From Nemertoderma westbladi (taxonomy: Eukaryota > Animalia > Xenacoelomorpha): 64,000 bases of DNA. The stretch is from positions 19,108-83,107 of the forward strand of contig JAUCBJ010001560.1 of assembly GCA_032718475.1 (NCBI GenBank). The letters are read 5' to 3'. Both the position numbers and the translations under genes were made by a program. Shown here one piece after another: positions 1-13,874 of the stretch. Position 1 is the first letter of the stretch, and each line of letters opens with the position of its first letter. Under the pieces are notes generated by a model. That model saw only the letters and a list, made by a program, of their open reading frames with translations, was not told the origin of the DNA and searched no databases.

Positions 1-178
1 TGAGAAGGGTGGGGGGGGGGGGGGATTAAAAGGGGTGAACACGTACTGTCCCCCTTTCTTTGATTGATTGGTGGTGTGGGTAAATTTCTCAAAACCTGAT
101 TTTGTGATACAGTCGCTTAATTTTAATTTGTATCTCATAACTGGACCTCGTGCTGCGCGAAGGCCCCACGAACGTGTT
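1..178. repeat. Dispersed repeat end, near-identical to 5034..5211; cut off by the window start
   Basis: The same ~178 bp, from TGAGAAGGGTGGGG to GGCCCCACGAACGTGTT, occurs at both places; only the G-run length differs visibly. Confidence 0.9.
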
Positions 179-1480
179 CCATGTCTTACACCTCCATGTA
201 TTATTAAAAGTTAGAAAACTAAAACTTGACGACAGGTTTGCATTAGACTCGGTAAATAGTATATCCATATTATCATGTATTATAATGTTATGGATTTGAG
301 AAACTGTAAATTCATCAAAACAACTGCTGTGTCTGCTTGCAAAAGATTTCATGAATTCCAATTGTTGCTCAATTTCTGATGTATGTGGTAACTTTTCTGA
401 TTTCGATTGCATCAGACTGAGTAGAATTATGCGCAGTTTATCTGGAAGTATCATTGCCTGTTCCGAAAACATGTCACGTGCTGTTGGATGGGTTACTAGT
501 AATTGAGTGCATTTCCAAAAACCAAATAATATTCGAATCATTGAAGCTCCAACGATCCAGTTACTAGCGTTACTAATGCACATCATAGCAGAAAAGATTG
601 CATTAGAGGCCAGTAAATTGTACAAATAATTGTTTCCACACTCTAATGAAATCTGAAAAAATGTATATATAGCAGAATAAATGAGATACTTCAATCGATT
701 AGGTGCTGATTTAAATATAGAAATGTTGTTACATAGTTTTATCATAATTTCCATGCTTTGACAAGCATTTATTTTCTGTTCCTCATTTAATACGTTTGAA
801 ATCTTGTTTTTATTGGAACAACATTCCTGACGGATTAATCCCAATGTTGACAACATCCCTGCATAGTGGGATCTCATTTCCTGTAAGAGTATCCGAGGTT
901 CCAAGGTGCTGAACAGTTTAGATGCTTCTTGATAATCTTGATGAAATGATAGCAACCCTGCTTTTATGTAGTAAACGTAATTTGTGGAATCTTTTGTGAA
1001 CTCATCCATTCTCTGTTTCAACTGAGTTTCAGTTTTGTATAGTTCCTGGAGGTGTCCTCTGCCTCGCAAGCGATACATTATGCGTATCAACATTTGACCT
1101 GGAAGTCGGAATTTAGTTGAATCATGCAGAAATTTAAAGTAGTCCAGATACCCAGTGTTATCAATAAACTGGTGGGCAATCATGACCACTCGTATAGCGA
1201 CCGCCATACATTGAACATCCTCTTCACTTTCCTGATGTTGATCAACAATTTCTCTTGCACATTTTAATGCTTGTGTAGTGTTGTCATTTTTCTGTAGAAT
1301 ATTATATATAACATTCACTTCTGTGGTTCCACTTCCCTTGCAGCTGTTCCACATATCGGGAAGATACTCCCATTCCTTAGTTATTGATTCCTCTATGAGT
1401 AAATGCAAGACTTCATCCAGTGTTGCATATGTGGACTTCCACTTTTGATTATGTTGCTTCTTCTCTTTTGAAAACTCCAT
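89..1480 (-). CDS. Uninterrupted 463-aa ORF, probably alpha-helical/TPR-like, function unknown; its last ~30 codons come from the dispersed repeat
   Basis: Long ATG-initiated ORF in AT-rich DNA with natural protein composition. No motif recognised. The stop codon lies inside repeat 1..178. Confidence 0.55.
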   Translation of the reverse strand: MEFSKEKKQHNQKWKSTYATLDEVLHLLIEESITKEWEYLPDMWNSCKGSGTTEVNVIYNILQKNDNTTQALKCAREIVDQHQESEEDVQCMAVAIRVVMIAHQFIDNTGYLDYFKFLHDSTKFRLPGQMLIRIMYRLRGRGHLQELYKTETQLKQRMDEFTKDSTNYVYYIKAGLLSFHQDYQEASKLFSTLEPRILLQEMRSHYAGMLSTLGLIRQECCSNKNKISNVLNEEQKINACQSMEIMIKLCNNISIFKSAPNRLKYLIYSAIYTFFQISLECGNNYLYNLLASNAIFSAMMCISNASNWIVGASMIRILFGFWKCTQLLVTHPTARDMFSEQAMILPDKLRIILLSLMQSKSEKLPHTSEIEQQLEFMKSFASRHSSCFDEFTVSQIHNIIIHDNMDILFTESNANLSSSFSFLTFNNTWRCKTWNTFVGPSRSTRSSYEIQIKIKRLYHKIRF

Positions 1481-2782
1481 TAATTAAGCCAACGGTAATA
1501 ACTTTAATTGATAATTTAATTGTGACACCAAAATTTGGGAGAAAATATTGAAAAATGTGATAAATATTGGGAAAGGTATAGATTAAAATGAAACACCGAC
1601 TTTATTTGACAATTTCGGCAACTCGGATAGTTCCATATCAGCAGGTTTGTATATTCATTTACTTTATTGATTGATTTGAAAGTTTGACTTAAACATAAAG
1701 ATTCCAATCAGGTAAAGTTAACTATTTTTTAATCATAAATAACACAATGGTGGCTTTATAGGAATACAGTACAGAAGAATAAAAAATTACAGTTACCTTT
1801 GTAACCGAAGTTGGTGGAACAGAAATTCAATTGGGGAACGTATTTCATAAAATTCATATGTTCTCAAGATCGTCCAAACACTATACCCGTTACTTGTGGT
1901 ATGTTACTAATTTCACAAGTAGATAAAAAAATAAGAAACTAAGTACCTGCATGGTATGACTTTGGCAAATGACTACATATGGTACGAATGATACAACTTA
2001 TGGTACACCTTATGGTACATATGGTACACCTTCTGAATGAAAACACATATTTTTGTTATAAACAGAATCACCACAGCTGCAATAAAAATTTTCATGTTTA
2101 ACAATTATGTTTGTATAATCCGGACGTTTCGATATAATACTTTACATCATCATCAGCGTATTACATATTTTTAAGTTTTAACAATACTGTTGTAAATAAA
2201 ATCTTTTTAAATTGTAATCAATTTATTTTCAAGCAGTTACAGTAAATTATCCATTAAGGAAGGTAATTGTTGTAGAATATTGTAGTATATTTAATAATTT
2301 ACTAAATTGTTCTTGTTTCATTAGACTAAAACATAATGAACAGAAAATTAATAATTAATAACTTTTGCTACCGTGATATTCGTGCTCGAACAAGTAGCGT
2401 ACCTCGATTGGACATGGTTATTTAATAATATTTATCACAACTGATCCAAACCTGGGGTCTTTAACTATTCGTAGTTGCCAACTAATATAATTTACAGTGG
2501 GCCTACTAGCAATTTAACATTGTACATTTATTAAATAGCAGCCAAACCAATAACAACTTATTTAAATAAAGTAAAGATGTCAAATGTTAATTAATATCTA
2601 ATACCAAAGGCTAAGGTAAAAATATGGTTTGAAATAATATAGAGCCATTAATAATTGCAGAATAAGGAGTTAAATATATATTTTGGTCCGAAACCTCACC
2701 TTTAAACAATTTCACCACCCCATTCCCTGTGGGGCGAGCCACGAAGTGAGTGAGCCTTAGCGTAGTGGTACCATTAATCAAC

Positions 2783-2828
2783 CTGTCGTTCTGTCGTTCT
2801 GTCGTTCTGTCGTTCTGTCGTTCTGTCG
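2783..2828 (+). repeat. (CTGTCGTT)n microsatellite, probably the 5' part of a Helentron/DINE-1-like non-autonomous element
   Basis: About 5.5 copies of CTGTCGTT followed by ...AACTTGGTACACATG. A microsatellite followed by such a block is typical of HINE/DINE-1-like elements. The element's ends were not resolved. Confidence 0.4.
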
Positions 2829-5033
2829 TGTTCAATTTTAAACGTTAATAACTCGGCCAATCTTTGATGAAATCTATCCAAACTTGGTACACATGTTGTT
2901 TGGCAAAAGTTTAGAAATTTTCCAAGTAGAATTTCCGTGTGGCCTTCGAGAAGCTAAGATAATAGCAGTTAATTAGTTAATTAAGTTGATTACGGTAAAA
3001 ACACCATTTTCAACCTGCCTTTTAAAGGAAATTAATTGTTTTACAGTATAAGACTTCAATAATTATACTTAAAAAATATACAGATGTAATCCGCATACTC
3101 CATTCTATTATAGTTTTTAATTAGTTCAAGTGATTTGCTTTAATAATCGTGTCTTTAATTGATCTAAAGTAATTAAACCGGCATAAAAAATGTATTCTCA
3201 TTAAATACTGCTCATTTATTGGTTAACTCAAGTTGGCTTGTTTCCCAGCAACACTTGAGGTATTCAGTCAGCCTCGCTTGTAAGAGGCAGACTGCTGCTG
3301 CTGCTGGTAGCCATCCATTCACTCACTCTCCATTGAACTGGCTGATTGGAGGTGTGTGTGTATCGGGTTCAATGACATTAATATTATTACTAAAGTAACT
3401 TCGGGATGTTAATATTCACTGGAGCTATGAGTCGAGTCTCTCTGGTTAGTTGAATGAATGAAATAAATAATTGTTTTACTGTTCCGAATATCAATGTTTA
3501 TTTCTGTAGGCCAACTTACTGTATTATTATTTAATCTAAATGTACATAATAGTTTAAATAAATTATTTCACAATTTCATTCCAATTCATACTGCTTACGC
3601 AACCATGCTAATTAGGTATATTAAATGGCAGGATTGTTTTTAATTAAAATTTTTACAGAGCAAACAAGTATATTGTATTTAACTGAAAGTTAATTTATTT
3701 CGGTAAGTAGGCCTTGCGGTTTGTTAGTTTAGTTAGTATAATAAGTATCAAATATATTACGTGCTGCTGTACAGTAAACGCGGCTTTGCGTTATTGAATT
3801 ACAGAATTGGCGGTACAAAGTACATTAATAGGGATCAGGCATATTGCATTTATATAATTGTTGTTGTAAATGTACAATAATAAGCGCCACTTTTATTTTA
3901 GTAACTGAAATGTGTATTTCATTTGTACCTGCAACCCATTAAAAAGGGCAGCTGAACATATCGCGGACAGGCTGACTATTCACCATAACAAAAAAACCCA
4001 AATCGCCGCAGTTCCACTTACAGTTCCATATTATTCTGTTTTGCAATTCAACCCAATTTATCTGCTCTCTGCTACACGCGGTTTTATCCACGAGTTTTGT
4101 AAAGTCCCGACTTATCGGGAATGACATGAACTTAGCGTCCGGAATATTCTGAACAGATTAAATCTACTTGGCGCTGTAATACTGCATCCCGTTGTACCAG
4201 AAGTTATTAAAACATACCGGCCCCTCAAATGCGCTTGCAGTGGGTTAGAGAACAACATATACCGCCCCAGTACAACCGCTATTTTGATAAGGTCCATAAT
4301 ATATAATATATATATATGGTCTAACATATGATAGTTCACTAATCAGCTAATAGGCCTATTAATTCGTGAGATTTCAATTTATAAATAAAACTAATATACG
4401 AGCTCATATGAGCTCAATTGATTGATTGATTGAAGGTATGACCGTTGTTGTGGGGGACTAGGTCTACCTGTCTAGCAGCTAATAACTCGTCCGTGGAGAG
4501 AATAATATAAGTCGAGGAACATAACGAAACGCGTTTAATTTATTTATTTATTCCAATTGGGGATGCTTTCTAACGCGGGAATGCGGTGCTATTAAACATC
4601 AACACATTCCTGCGCGTGCGTCGATATTGTGCACCCTAATACTAACAACCCACCCAGACACCCCCTAACCCTCACCCCCCCCCCCCCCCCCCCCCCATCA
4701 CCCAACATTACTATGTATAGATCAATGCAGCTCAATATATTAGTAAAGGTATCGTCTGATTAGCTTTCCTACACATGACCTCTTATCCTTGTAGTTGTTT
4801 ATTTATTTACACTATTTTTTGTTGAGTAAATCTTTCTGATAGGGGGGGGGGGGGGGGGGGGGACTTACTCTGGACGAGCGCAACGATTGAACGACGCTTA
4901 TAATAATTAAGACGAGTACGGCGTTGATTATATTCATATACACCACCTGGCTTTGCATATTGAACGTGCGATTGGAAATAAGTTCGTTCTACCCTTCCGT
5001 GGGTGGTAGATGTCACGGTTATGTATTGGTGGT

Positions 5034-5211
5034 TGAGAAGGGTGGGGGGGGGGGGGGATTAAAAGGGGTGAACACGTACTGTCCCCCTTTCTTTGATTGA
5101 TTGGTGGTGTGGGTAAATTTCTCAAAACCTGATTTTGTGATACAGTCGCTTAATTTTAATTTGTATCTCATAACTGGACCTCGTGCTGCGCGAAGGCCCC
5201 ACGAACGTGTT
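5034..5211. repeat. Second copy of dispersed repeat 1..178
   Basis: Direct sequence match to the window start. Confidence 0.9.
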
Positions 5212-5547
5212 TCTACTACCTTGACTCCTACCTGTCACCCAATCCAAACTTGTAACGTCACAACTACCGTATATCCACATCTATTTATAGAACATTGCTC
5301 TTCTAAATAGTTTTAGTAAGAACTTTGTAACTTAGTAACCAGATTACCACATAATCTGTATCTGACCTCCGTGGTGAAATTGCTGTGGTATAACTAACTA
5401 TATCTGTGATTCCCATGATTCCCAGTCGAAACTCTCGCCATTAAAGGATTGCGAATCTGTAATAACAATATAATGTACAGTACAGGCAGAGTAATGAGCC
5501 ACCATGGCTGGATAATCCATTTAAAGCTTTAGAGCCGAAACGAAACT

Positions 5548-5622
5548 CTCCTGCAGGGATCGAACTCACGACCTCCGGGACATGTAAATTAAAGAAAAAT
5601 TATGTAAGCACTACGCCAAGGT
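5548..5622 (-). other. tRNA-derived (SINE-head-like) Pol III A/B-box element
   Basis: Minus strand reads TGGCGTAGTGC (A-box-like) ... GGAGGTCGTGAGTTCGATCCC (B-box, resembling a tRNA T-arm). No full cloverleaf. A related fragment AGAGGTCGTGAGTTCG lies near 61032. Confidence 0.4.
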
Positions 5623-8600
5623 GGGACTTGGTGCAGTGGTAGGTAGGTGGGCTAGTCGGGGTCGATCAGGGAGTTGCAGTTACAAGGTGGGACTTGGTGC
5701 AGTGGTTGAGGTAGGCTAGTCGGGGTAGATCAGGGTGTTACCGCTACAAGGTGGGACTTGGTGCATTGGTAGGTAGGTAGGCTAGTCGGGGTAGATCAGG
5801 GTGTTACCGCTACAAGGTGGGACTTGGTGCAGTGGTAGGTAGGTAGGCTAGTCGGGGTAGATCAGGGTGTTACCGCTACAAGATGGGTCTAGGTGCATTG
5901 GTAGGTAGGTAGGCTAGTCGGGGTAGATCAGGGTGTTACCGCTACAAGGTGGGACTTGGTGCATTGGTAGGTAGGTAGGCTAGTCGGGGTAGATCAGGGT
6001 GTTACCGCTACAAGGTGGGACTTGGTGCATTGGTAGGTGGGTAGGCGAGTCGGGGTAGATCAGGGTGTTACAGCTACAAAGTGGGACTTGGTGCAGTGGA
6101 AGGTATGTAGGCTAGTCGGGGTAGATCAGGGTGTTACAGCTACAAAGTGGGACTTGGTGCATTAGTAGGTAGGTGGGCTAGTCGGGGTAGATCAGGGTGT
6201 TACCGCTACAAGGTGGGACTTGGTGCAGTGGTAGGTAGGTAAGCTAGTCGGGGTAGATCAGGGTGTTACCCCTACAAGATGGGACTTGGTGCATTGGTAG
6301 GTAGGTAGGCTAGTCGGGGTTAGATCAGGGTGTTACCGCTACAAGATGGGACTTGGTGCAGTGGTAGGTAGGTAGGCTAGTCGGGGTAGATCAGGGTGTT
6401 ACCGCTACAAGATGGGACTTGGTGCAGTGGTAAGTAGGTAGGCTAGTCGGGGTAGATCAGGGTGTTACCCCTACAAGATGGGACTTGGTGCATTAGTAGG
6501 TAGGTAGGCTAGTCGGGGTAGATCAGGGTGTTACCGCTACAAGGTGGGACTTGGTGCAGTGGTTGGTAGGTAGGCTAGTCGGGGTAGATCAGGGTGTTAC
6601 CGCTACAAGGTGGGACTTGGTGCAGTGGTAGGTAGATAGGCTAGTCGGGGTAGATCAGGGTGTTACCCCTACAAGATGGGACTTGGTGCATTGGTAGGTA
6701 GGTAGGCTAGTCGGGGTAGATCAGGGTGTTACCCCTACAAGATGGGACTTGGTGGAGTGGTAGGTAGGTGGGCTAGTCGGGGTCGATCAGGGAGTTGCAG
6801 TTACAAGGTGGGACTTGGTGCAGTGGTTGGTAGGTGGGCTAGTCGGGGTCGATCAGGGAGTTGCAGTTACAAGGTGGGACTTGGTGCAGTGGTTGGTAGG
6901 TAGGCTAGTCGGGGTAGATCATGGTGTTACCCCTACAAGATGGGACTTGGTGCAGTGGTAGGTAGGTGGGCTAGTCGGGGTAGATCAGGGTGTTACCGCT
7001 ACAAGGTGGGACTTGGTGCAGTGGTTGGTAGGTAGGTTAGTCGGGAAAGATCAGGGTGTTACCCCTACAAGATGGGACTTGGTGCAGTGGTAGGTAGGTA
7101 GGCTAGTCGGGGTAGATCAGGGTGTTACCACTGTTACCCCTACAAGATGGGACTTGGTGCAGTGGTAGGTAGTTAGGCTAGTCGGGGTAGATCAGGGTGT
7201 TACCGCTACAAGATGGGTCTAGGTGCATTGGTAGGTAGGTAGGCTAGTCGGGGTAGATCAGGGTGTTACCGCTACAAGGTGGGACTTGGTGCATTGGTAG
7301 GTAGGTAGGCTAGTCGGGGTAGATCAGGGTGTTACCGCTACAAGGTGGGACTTGGTGCAGTGGTAGGTAGGTAGGCTAGTCGGGGTAGATCAGGGTGTTA
7401 CCGCTACAAGATGGGTCTAGGTGCATTGGTAGGTAGGTAGGCTAGTCGGGGTAGATCAGGGTGTTACCGCTACAAGGTGGGACTTGGTGCATTGGTAGGT
7501 AGGTAGGCTAGTCGGGGTAGATCAGGGTGTTACCGCTACAAGGTGGGACTTGGTGCATTGGTAGGTGGGTAGGCGAGTCGGGGTAGATCAGGGTGTTACA
7601 GCTACAAAGTGGGACTTGGTGCAGTGGAAGGTATGTAGGCTAGTCGGGGTAGATCAGGGTGTTACAGCTACAAAGTGGGACTTGGTGCATTAGTAGGTAG
7701 GTGGGCTAGTCGGGGTAGATCAGGGTGTTACCGCTACAAGGTGGGACTTGGTGCAGTGGTAGGTAGGTAAGCTAGTCGGGGTAGATCAGGGTGTTACCCC
7801 TACAAGATGGGACTTGGTGCATTGGTAGGTAGGTAGGCTAGTCGGGGTTAGATCAGGGTGTTACCGCTACAAGATGGGACTTGGTGCAGTGGTAGGTAGG
7901 TAGGCTAGTCGGGGTAGATCAGGGTGTTACCGCTACAAGATGGGACTTGGTGCAGTGGTAAGTAGGTAGGCTAGTCGGGGTAGATCAGGGTGTTACCCCT
8001 ACAAGATGGGACTTGGTGCATTAGTAGGTAGGTAGGCTAGTCGGGGTAGATCAGGGTGTTACCGCTACAAGGTGGGACTTGGTGCAGTGGTTGGTAGGTA
8101 GGCTAGTCGGGGTAGATCAGGGTGTTACCGCTACAAGGTGGGACTTGGTGCAGTGGTAGGTAGATAGGCTAGTCGGGGTAGATCAGGGTGTTACCCCTAC
8201 AAGATGGGACTTGGTGCATTGGTAGGTAGGTAGGCTAGTCGGGGTAGATCAGGGTGTTACCCCTACAAGATGGGACTTGGTGGAGTGGTAGGTAGGTAGG
8301 CTAGTCGGGGTAGATCAGGGTGTTACCGCTACAAGATGGGACTTGGTGCAGTGGTAGGTAGGAAGGCTAGTCGGGGTAGATCAGGGTGTTACCGCTACAA
8401 GGTGGGACTTGGTGCAGTGGTAGGTAGGAGGGCTAATCGGGGTAGATCAGGGTGTTACCCCTACAAGATGGGACTTGGTGCAGTGGTAGGTAGGTAGGCT
8501 AGTCGGGGTAGATCAGGGTGTTACCGCTACAAGATGGCACTTGGTGCAGTGGTAGGTAGGAGGGCTAGTCGGGTTAGATCAGGGTGTTACCGCTACAAGG

Positions 8601-9260
8601 TGGGACTTGGTGCAGTGGTTGGTAGGTAGGCTAGTTGGGGTAGATCAGGGTGTTACCGCTACACGATGGGACTTGGTGCAGTGGTCGGTCGGAGGGCTAG
8701 TCGGGGTAGATCAGGGTGTTACCGCTACAAGGTGGGACTTGGTGCAGTGGTAGGTAGGTTGGCTAGTCGGGGTAGATCAGGGTGTTACCGTTACAAGGTG
8801 GGACTTGGTGCATTGGTAGGTAGGTGGGCTAGTCGGGGTAGATCAGGGTGTTACCGATACAAGGTGGGACTTGGTGCAGTGGTAGGTAGGTGGGCTAGTC
8901 GGGGTAGATCAGGGTGTTACCGCTACAAGGTGGGACTTGGTGCAGTGGTAGGTAGGTGGGCTAGTCGGGGTAGATCAGGGTGTTACCGCTACAAGGTGGG
9001 ACTTGGTGCATTGGTAGATAGGTGGGTTAGTCGGGGTAGATCAGGGTGTTACCGCTACAAGGTGGGACTTGGTGCATTGGTATGTAGGTGGGCTAGTCGG
9101 GGTAGATCAGGGTGTTACCGCTACAAGGTGGGACTTGGTGCAGTGGTTGGTAGGTGGGCAAGTCGGGGTAGATCAGGGTGTTACAGCTACAAGGTAGGAC
9201 TTGGTGCATTGATAGGTAGGTGGGCTAGTCGGGGTAGATCAGGGTGTTACCGCTACAAGT
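5618..9260. repeat. 66-bp G-rich minisatellite, ~55 copies, with a higher-order duplication
   Basis: Unit CTACAAGGTGGGACTTGGTGCAGTGGTAGGTAGGTAGGCTAGTCGGGGTAGATCAGGGTGTTACCG. Diagnostic variants recur at an offset of ~1528 bp. Confidence 0.97.
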
Positions 9261-10715
9261 TTCCGCTATAATATGATATACACCTGAGTAGGCTTACCCG
9301 TATTTCACTTCAGGTTCAACGGAATTTTTAATATTTTCTCACGCATGATATTTTCCGGTCGTGAATTTATATTCTAGCTCTAGCCGGTATGAAATACGGA
9401 GAAAATATAAAACAGACGGAACCAGTACGTGAGATTGATAACAGGTGGGATCCACAATGTGGTGTATTTATTAAATATAATAGTCTCGCGCAGATGCAAA
9501 ACCATGCAATTTTCTAACGCTCATATCTCACTTATTTTTCCACGAAATTAATTCAATTACATATTGGAATCCTTGCGAGGCCAGCTTTCTAACAGTGACT
9601 ATAATATTGAAGAATAACTGTGGGGTAACTGGTGCAATATCGACGGAGACCATTTTTTTAAACTTTAGTAGTAGCTAAGAATGAAAGTTATTAACAAACA
9701 GAAACAAATTATTACTTTCCCAGATTACATAGTTTTTTGCACCAAATATTACTTAATATTAATATTAATTGGTATTTGGCCAATTGCCAATTTCCCCTTC
9801 AATTGGTAACAACTCAGTTTATTGTTTTGATTAGAAAAAGCGTTCTCTGTAACCTGCTCATTTCTCTCCATTTGTAACAACATCGTTTATTGTTTTGGTA
9901 TGGAAATAAATATCATATCTGACTAATTGTTGTTTGCTTTTATGTGTTTTAGTCTAGTAAATGTATGTTTTGGGGATGATGTTTTAATTTTTGGGTCGAC
10001 TTTATAACATTAGTTCAGATGTATTTTTTTGGTCAACAAGTAAATTATTTGGAGCGAAAAGTATGTGAAAAGTATGCCTGACCAACTAACCCTAACCAAA
10101 ATAATAAACAATCTGATCAATCAATTGATTGATCTTGACAGACATCTTGACAGCCTTTATTTTATAGTTTAATCCGCCTTGTCGCAATGTTGACATATTA
10201 TGAATGTTTACCGTAATAATCGATAGGGGAGGGAGGGGGGTGGGGGGTGGGATTTATGACGTAATGTTGTGTCCGACCCTCTGAGGTACTTGAACGCTGT
10301 GCGGTATATCGTAATCAAGAGCAATGACATCTAGATTCTGTCCACACAATGAAAATAAAATTTTAGATTGTAACGGCTTTCCATATAATTTAAATGTTAC
10401 TAAGCAATTAATAGACATTAACAATTGAAAGAAACTCAAATATAATTAAATTATAAAATATTGGTAAATTACAATTTTAAAAATAATCCGGTTAACACAG
10501 GATAATGAGAATAAATAAGGTTAATGTCTACAGCATTTGGTTCTCTTACTCTGACATGAAATCAGACCTCCTGGTAAACATATAATTTAACAATAATTGG
10601 TTTTGATTGAGTTGAGTTAATACCTCACCACAGGCGGAAGTTAAATTCAATCATGGAGTGAATTTTGGGAAATCCTAGAGAATGTTGCAAAATAATAAAA
10701 TTTAGGTGAATTATA

Positions 10716-12692
10716 ACGGCAAGATGCTGTACACGGCGACCAATACGGATGTTTATACGGCAAGATGCTGCACACGGCGACCAATAAGGATGTTTATACG
10801 GCAAGATGCTGCACACGGCGACCAATAAGGATGTTTATACGGCAAGATGCTGCACACGGCGACCAATAAGGATGTTTATACGGCAAGGTGCTGCACACGG
10901 CGACCAAAAAGGATGTTTATACGGCAAGATGCTGCACACGGCGACCAATAAGGATGTTTATACGGCAAGGTGCTGCACACGGCGACCAATAAGGATGTTT
11001 ATACGGCAAGATGATGTACACGGCGACCAATACGGATATTTATACGGCAAGCTGCTGCACACGGCGACCAATAAGGATGTTTATACGGCATGATGCTGTA
11101 CATGGCGACCAATAAGGATGTTAATACGGCATGATGCTGTACACGGCGACCAATAAGGATGTTTATACGGAAAGCTGCTGCACACGGCGACCAATACGGA
11201 TGTTTATACGGCAAGATGCTGCCGTACACGGCGACCAATAAGGATGTATATACGGCAAGCTGCTGCACACGGCGACCAATAAGGATGTTTATACGGCAAG
11301 CTGTTGCACACGGCGACCAATACGGATGTTTATACGGCAAGATGCTGCCGTACACGGCGACCAATAAGGATGTATATACGGCAAGCAGCTGCACACGGCG
11401 ACCAATAAGGATGTTTATACGGCAAGATGATGTACACGGCGACCAATACGGATATTTATACGGCAAGATGCTGCACACGGCGACCAATAAGGATGTTTAT
11501 ACGGCAAGCTGCTGCACACGGCGACCAATAAGGATGTTTATACGGAAAGATGCTGCACACGGCGACCAATAAGGATATTTATACGACAAGCTGCTGCACA
11601 CGGCGACCAATAAGGATGTTTATACGGAAAGATGCTGCACACGGCGACCAATAAGGATGTTTATACGGCAAGATGATGTACACGGCGACCAATACGGATA
11701 TTTATACGGCAAGATGCTGCACACGGCGACCAATAAGGATGTTTATACGGCAAGCTGCTGCACACGGCGACCAATAAGGATGTTTATACGGAAAGATGCT
11801 GCACACGGCGACCAATAAGGATATTTATACGACAAGCTGCTGCACACGGCGACCAATAAGGATGTTTATACGGCATGATGCTGTACACGGCGACCAATAA
11901 GGATGTTTATACGGCAAGCTGCTGCACACGGCGACCAATACGGATGTTTATACGGCAAGATGCTGCCGTACACGGCGACCAATAATGATGTATATACGGC
12001 AAGCAGCTGCACACGGCGACCAATAAGGATGTTTATACGGCAAGATGCTGCACACGGCGACCAATAAGGATGTTTATACGGCAAGATGCTGTACACGGCG
12101 ACCAATAAGGATATTTATACGGCAAGATGCTGTACACGGCGACCAATAAGGATGTTTATACGGCAAGCTGCTGCACACGGCGACCAATAAGGATGTTTAT
12201 ACGGCAAGATGCTGCACACGGCGACCAATACGGATGTTTATACGGCAAGATGCTGCACACGGCGACCAATAAGGATGTTTATACGGCAAGATGCTGCACA
12301 CGGCGACCAATAAGGATGTTTATACGGCAAGATGCTGCACACGGCGACCAATAAGGATGTTTATACGGCAAGATGATGTACCCGGCGACCAATAAGGATA
12401 TTTAAACGGCAAGCTGCTGCACACGGCGACCAATAAGGATGTTTATACGGCATGATGCTGTACACGGCGACCAATAAGGATGTTTATACGGAAAGATGCT
12501 GCACACGGCGACCAATAAGGATGTTTATACGGCATGATGCTGTACACGGCGACCAATAAGGATATTTATACGACAAGCTGCTGCACACGGCGACCAATAA
12601 GGATGTTTATACCGCATGATGCTGTACACGGCGACCAATAAGGATGTTTATACGGCAAGATGCTGTACACGGCGAACAATAAGGATGTTTAT
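10716..12692. repeat. 41-bp minisatellite, ~48 copies
   Basis: Unit TATACGGCAAGATGCTGCACACGGCGACCAATAAGGATGTT, with occasional 44-bp variants. Confidence 0.97.
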
Positions 12693-13874
12693 AGGTCGCC
12701 ATCGCTGCATCTTTACGCGGTTTTAAACGAAAAATCGAAAATAAACTATTTTATTCTTAAAATAACGTCGTAGCATTTTACCGTGTAGAAAATATAGGGA
12801 ATTAATTAAATATGTTTACAACTCTTACATCTGGTACTCCTAGAACGTAACAAATTGTTAAGCAATTTTACCCGGAATATGGAAAATTATCAACTATGTT
12901 TACTGAAGTGAATCGGTACAACCTATATATATATATATAATTGTTACTATTTAACTAAATAAGCCGCCCCGCCATCCAAATTGAAAAATAATCAAAATGT
13001 ATAGAAATATTATCACTAAAGAAAAACACAATTATTATAAAACAACACCAACAGGCGCAATGATTCAAAACGACAATAATACAAATAACATATCAATTAA
13101 TACAAATATGAGAAATAAACAAAACTATAACAAAATAATAACAAAATGGAATGAAATATTTAATAAACTTCGATAAACACAACTGAACAAATAAAAAACT
13201 GATTCACAGTGTAATAATCAATATTGCATAGCTATTAACTCATATAATATTGCATAGATGGACATCTAAACTAATTAATATTGCATATATTTAGTAATAT
13301 TATTAATGATTGCGTAATGCCCTCTAGCTGTACCAACCAGCACCCCTAACACCAATCCACTTCGTTAAAGATCTAAACTTAATTAAAAAGAAATATAAAC
13401 TGCTGTTAAATAAATGATTTGTTTAATGAAAGTCCCGTATATTTATTTAACAACTCGATTACAAACTGACTATAATTCATTATTCTTAAATTGTGATTTA
13501 TTTGACACTTTTATTTATTTAAAGGCTGGATTATAAATTTGACATATGATAGTACTGAAAGAGTAAATCACAATGTAAGAATAATAATAATAGGTAGTTG
13601 GGCCTATTAGGTTATTACATTACAAAAAAACGATATTCATAAACCGTTTAAGTACGCGTTGCGCTCGGAATACTATAAGTACCTGAAACGGCGGCGAAAA
13701 GTACTAGTTTTTGTTTAACAATTTAGTTTAACATTTAATTGTACATTGGAAATCAAGTTATAACTCGCTGAAGGAGCGAAGAGAGCGAGGTCTATCCGAC
13801 ATAATCAGACTATTTTATAACTCAATCAAACCGACTCTAATTAGCTTTTAACGTTGTCCCACTTTCTGCCGGAT

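Noticed and set aside
10254-10680. Possible small minus-strand exons (GFPKIHSMIEFNFRLW; DVIALDYDIPHSVQVP)
   Set aside because: Splice-like sites exist, but there is no recognisable protein or verifiable linkage.
8666-12354. Repetitive ORFs in the 66-bp and 41-bp arrays
   Set aside because: These are stop-free frames of satellite units with no unique coding context.
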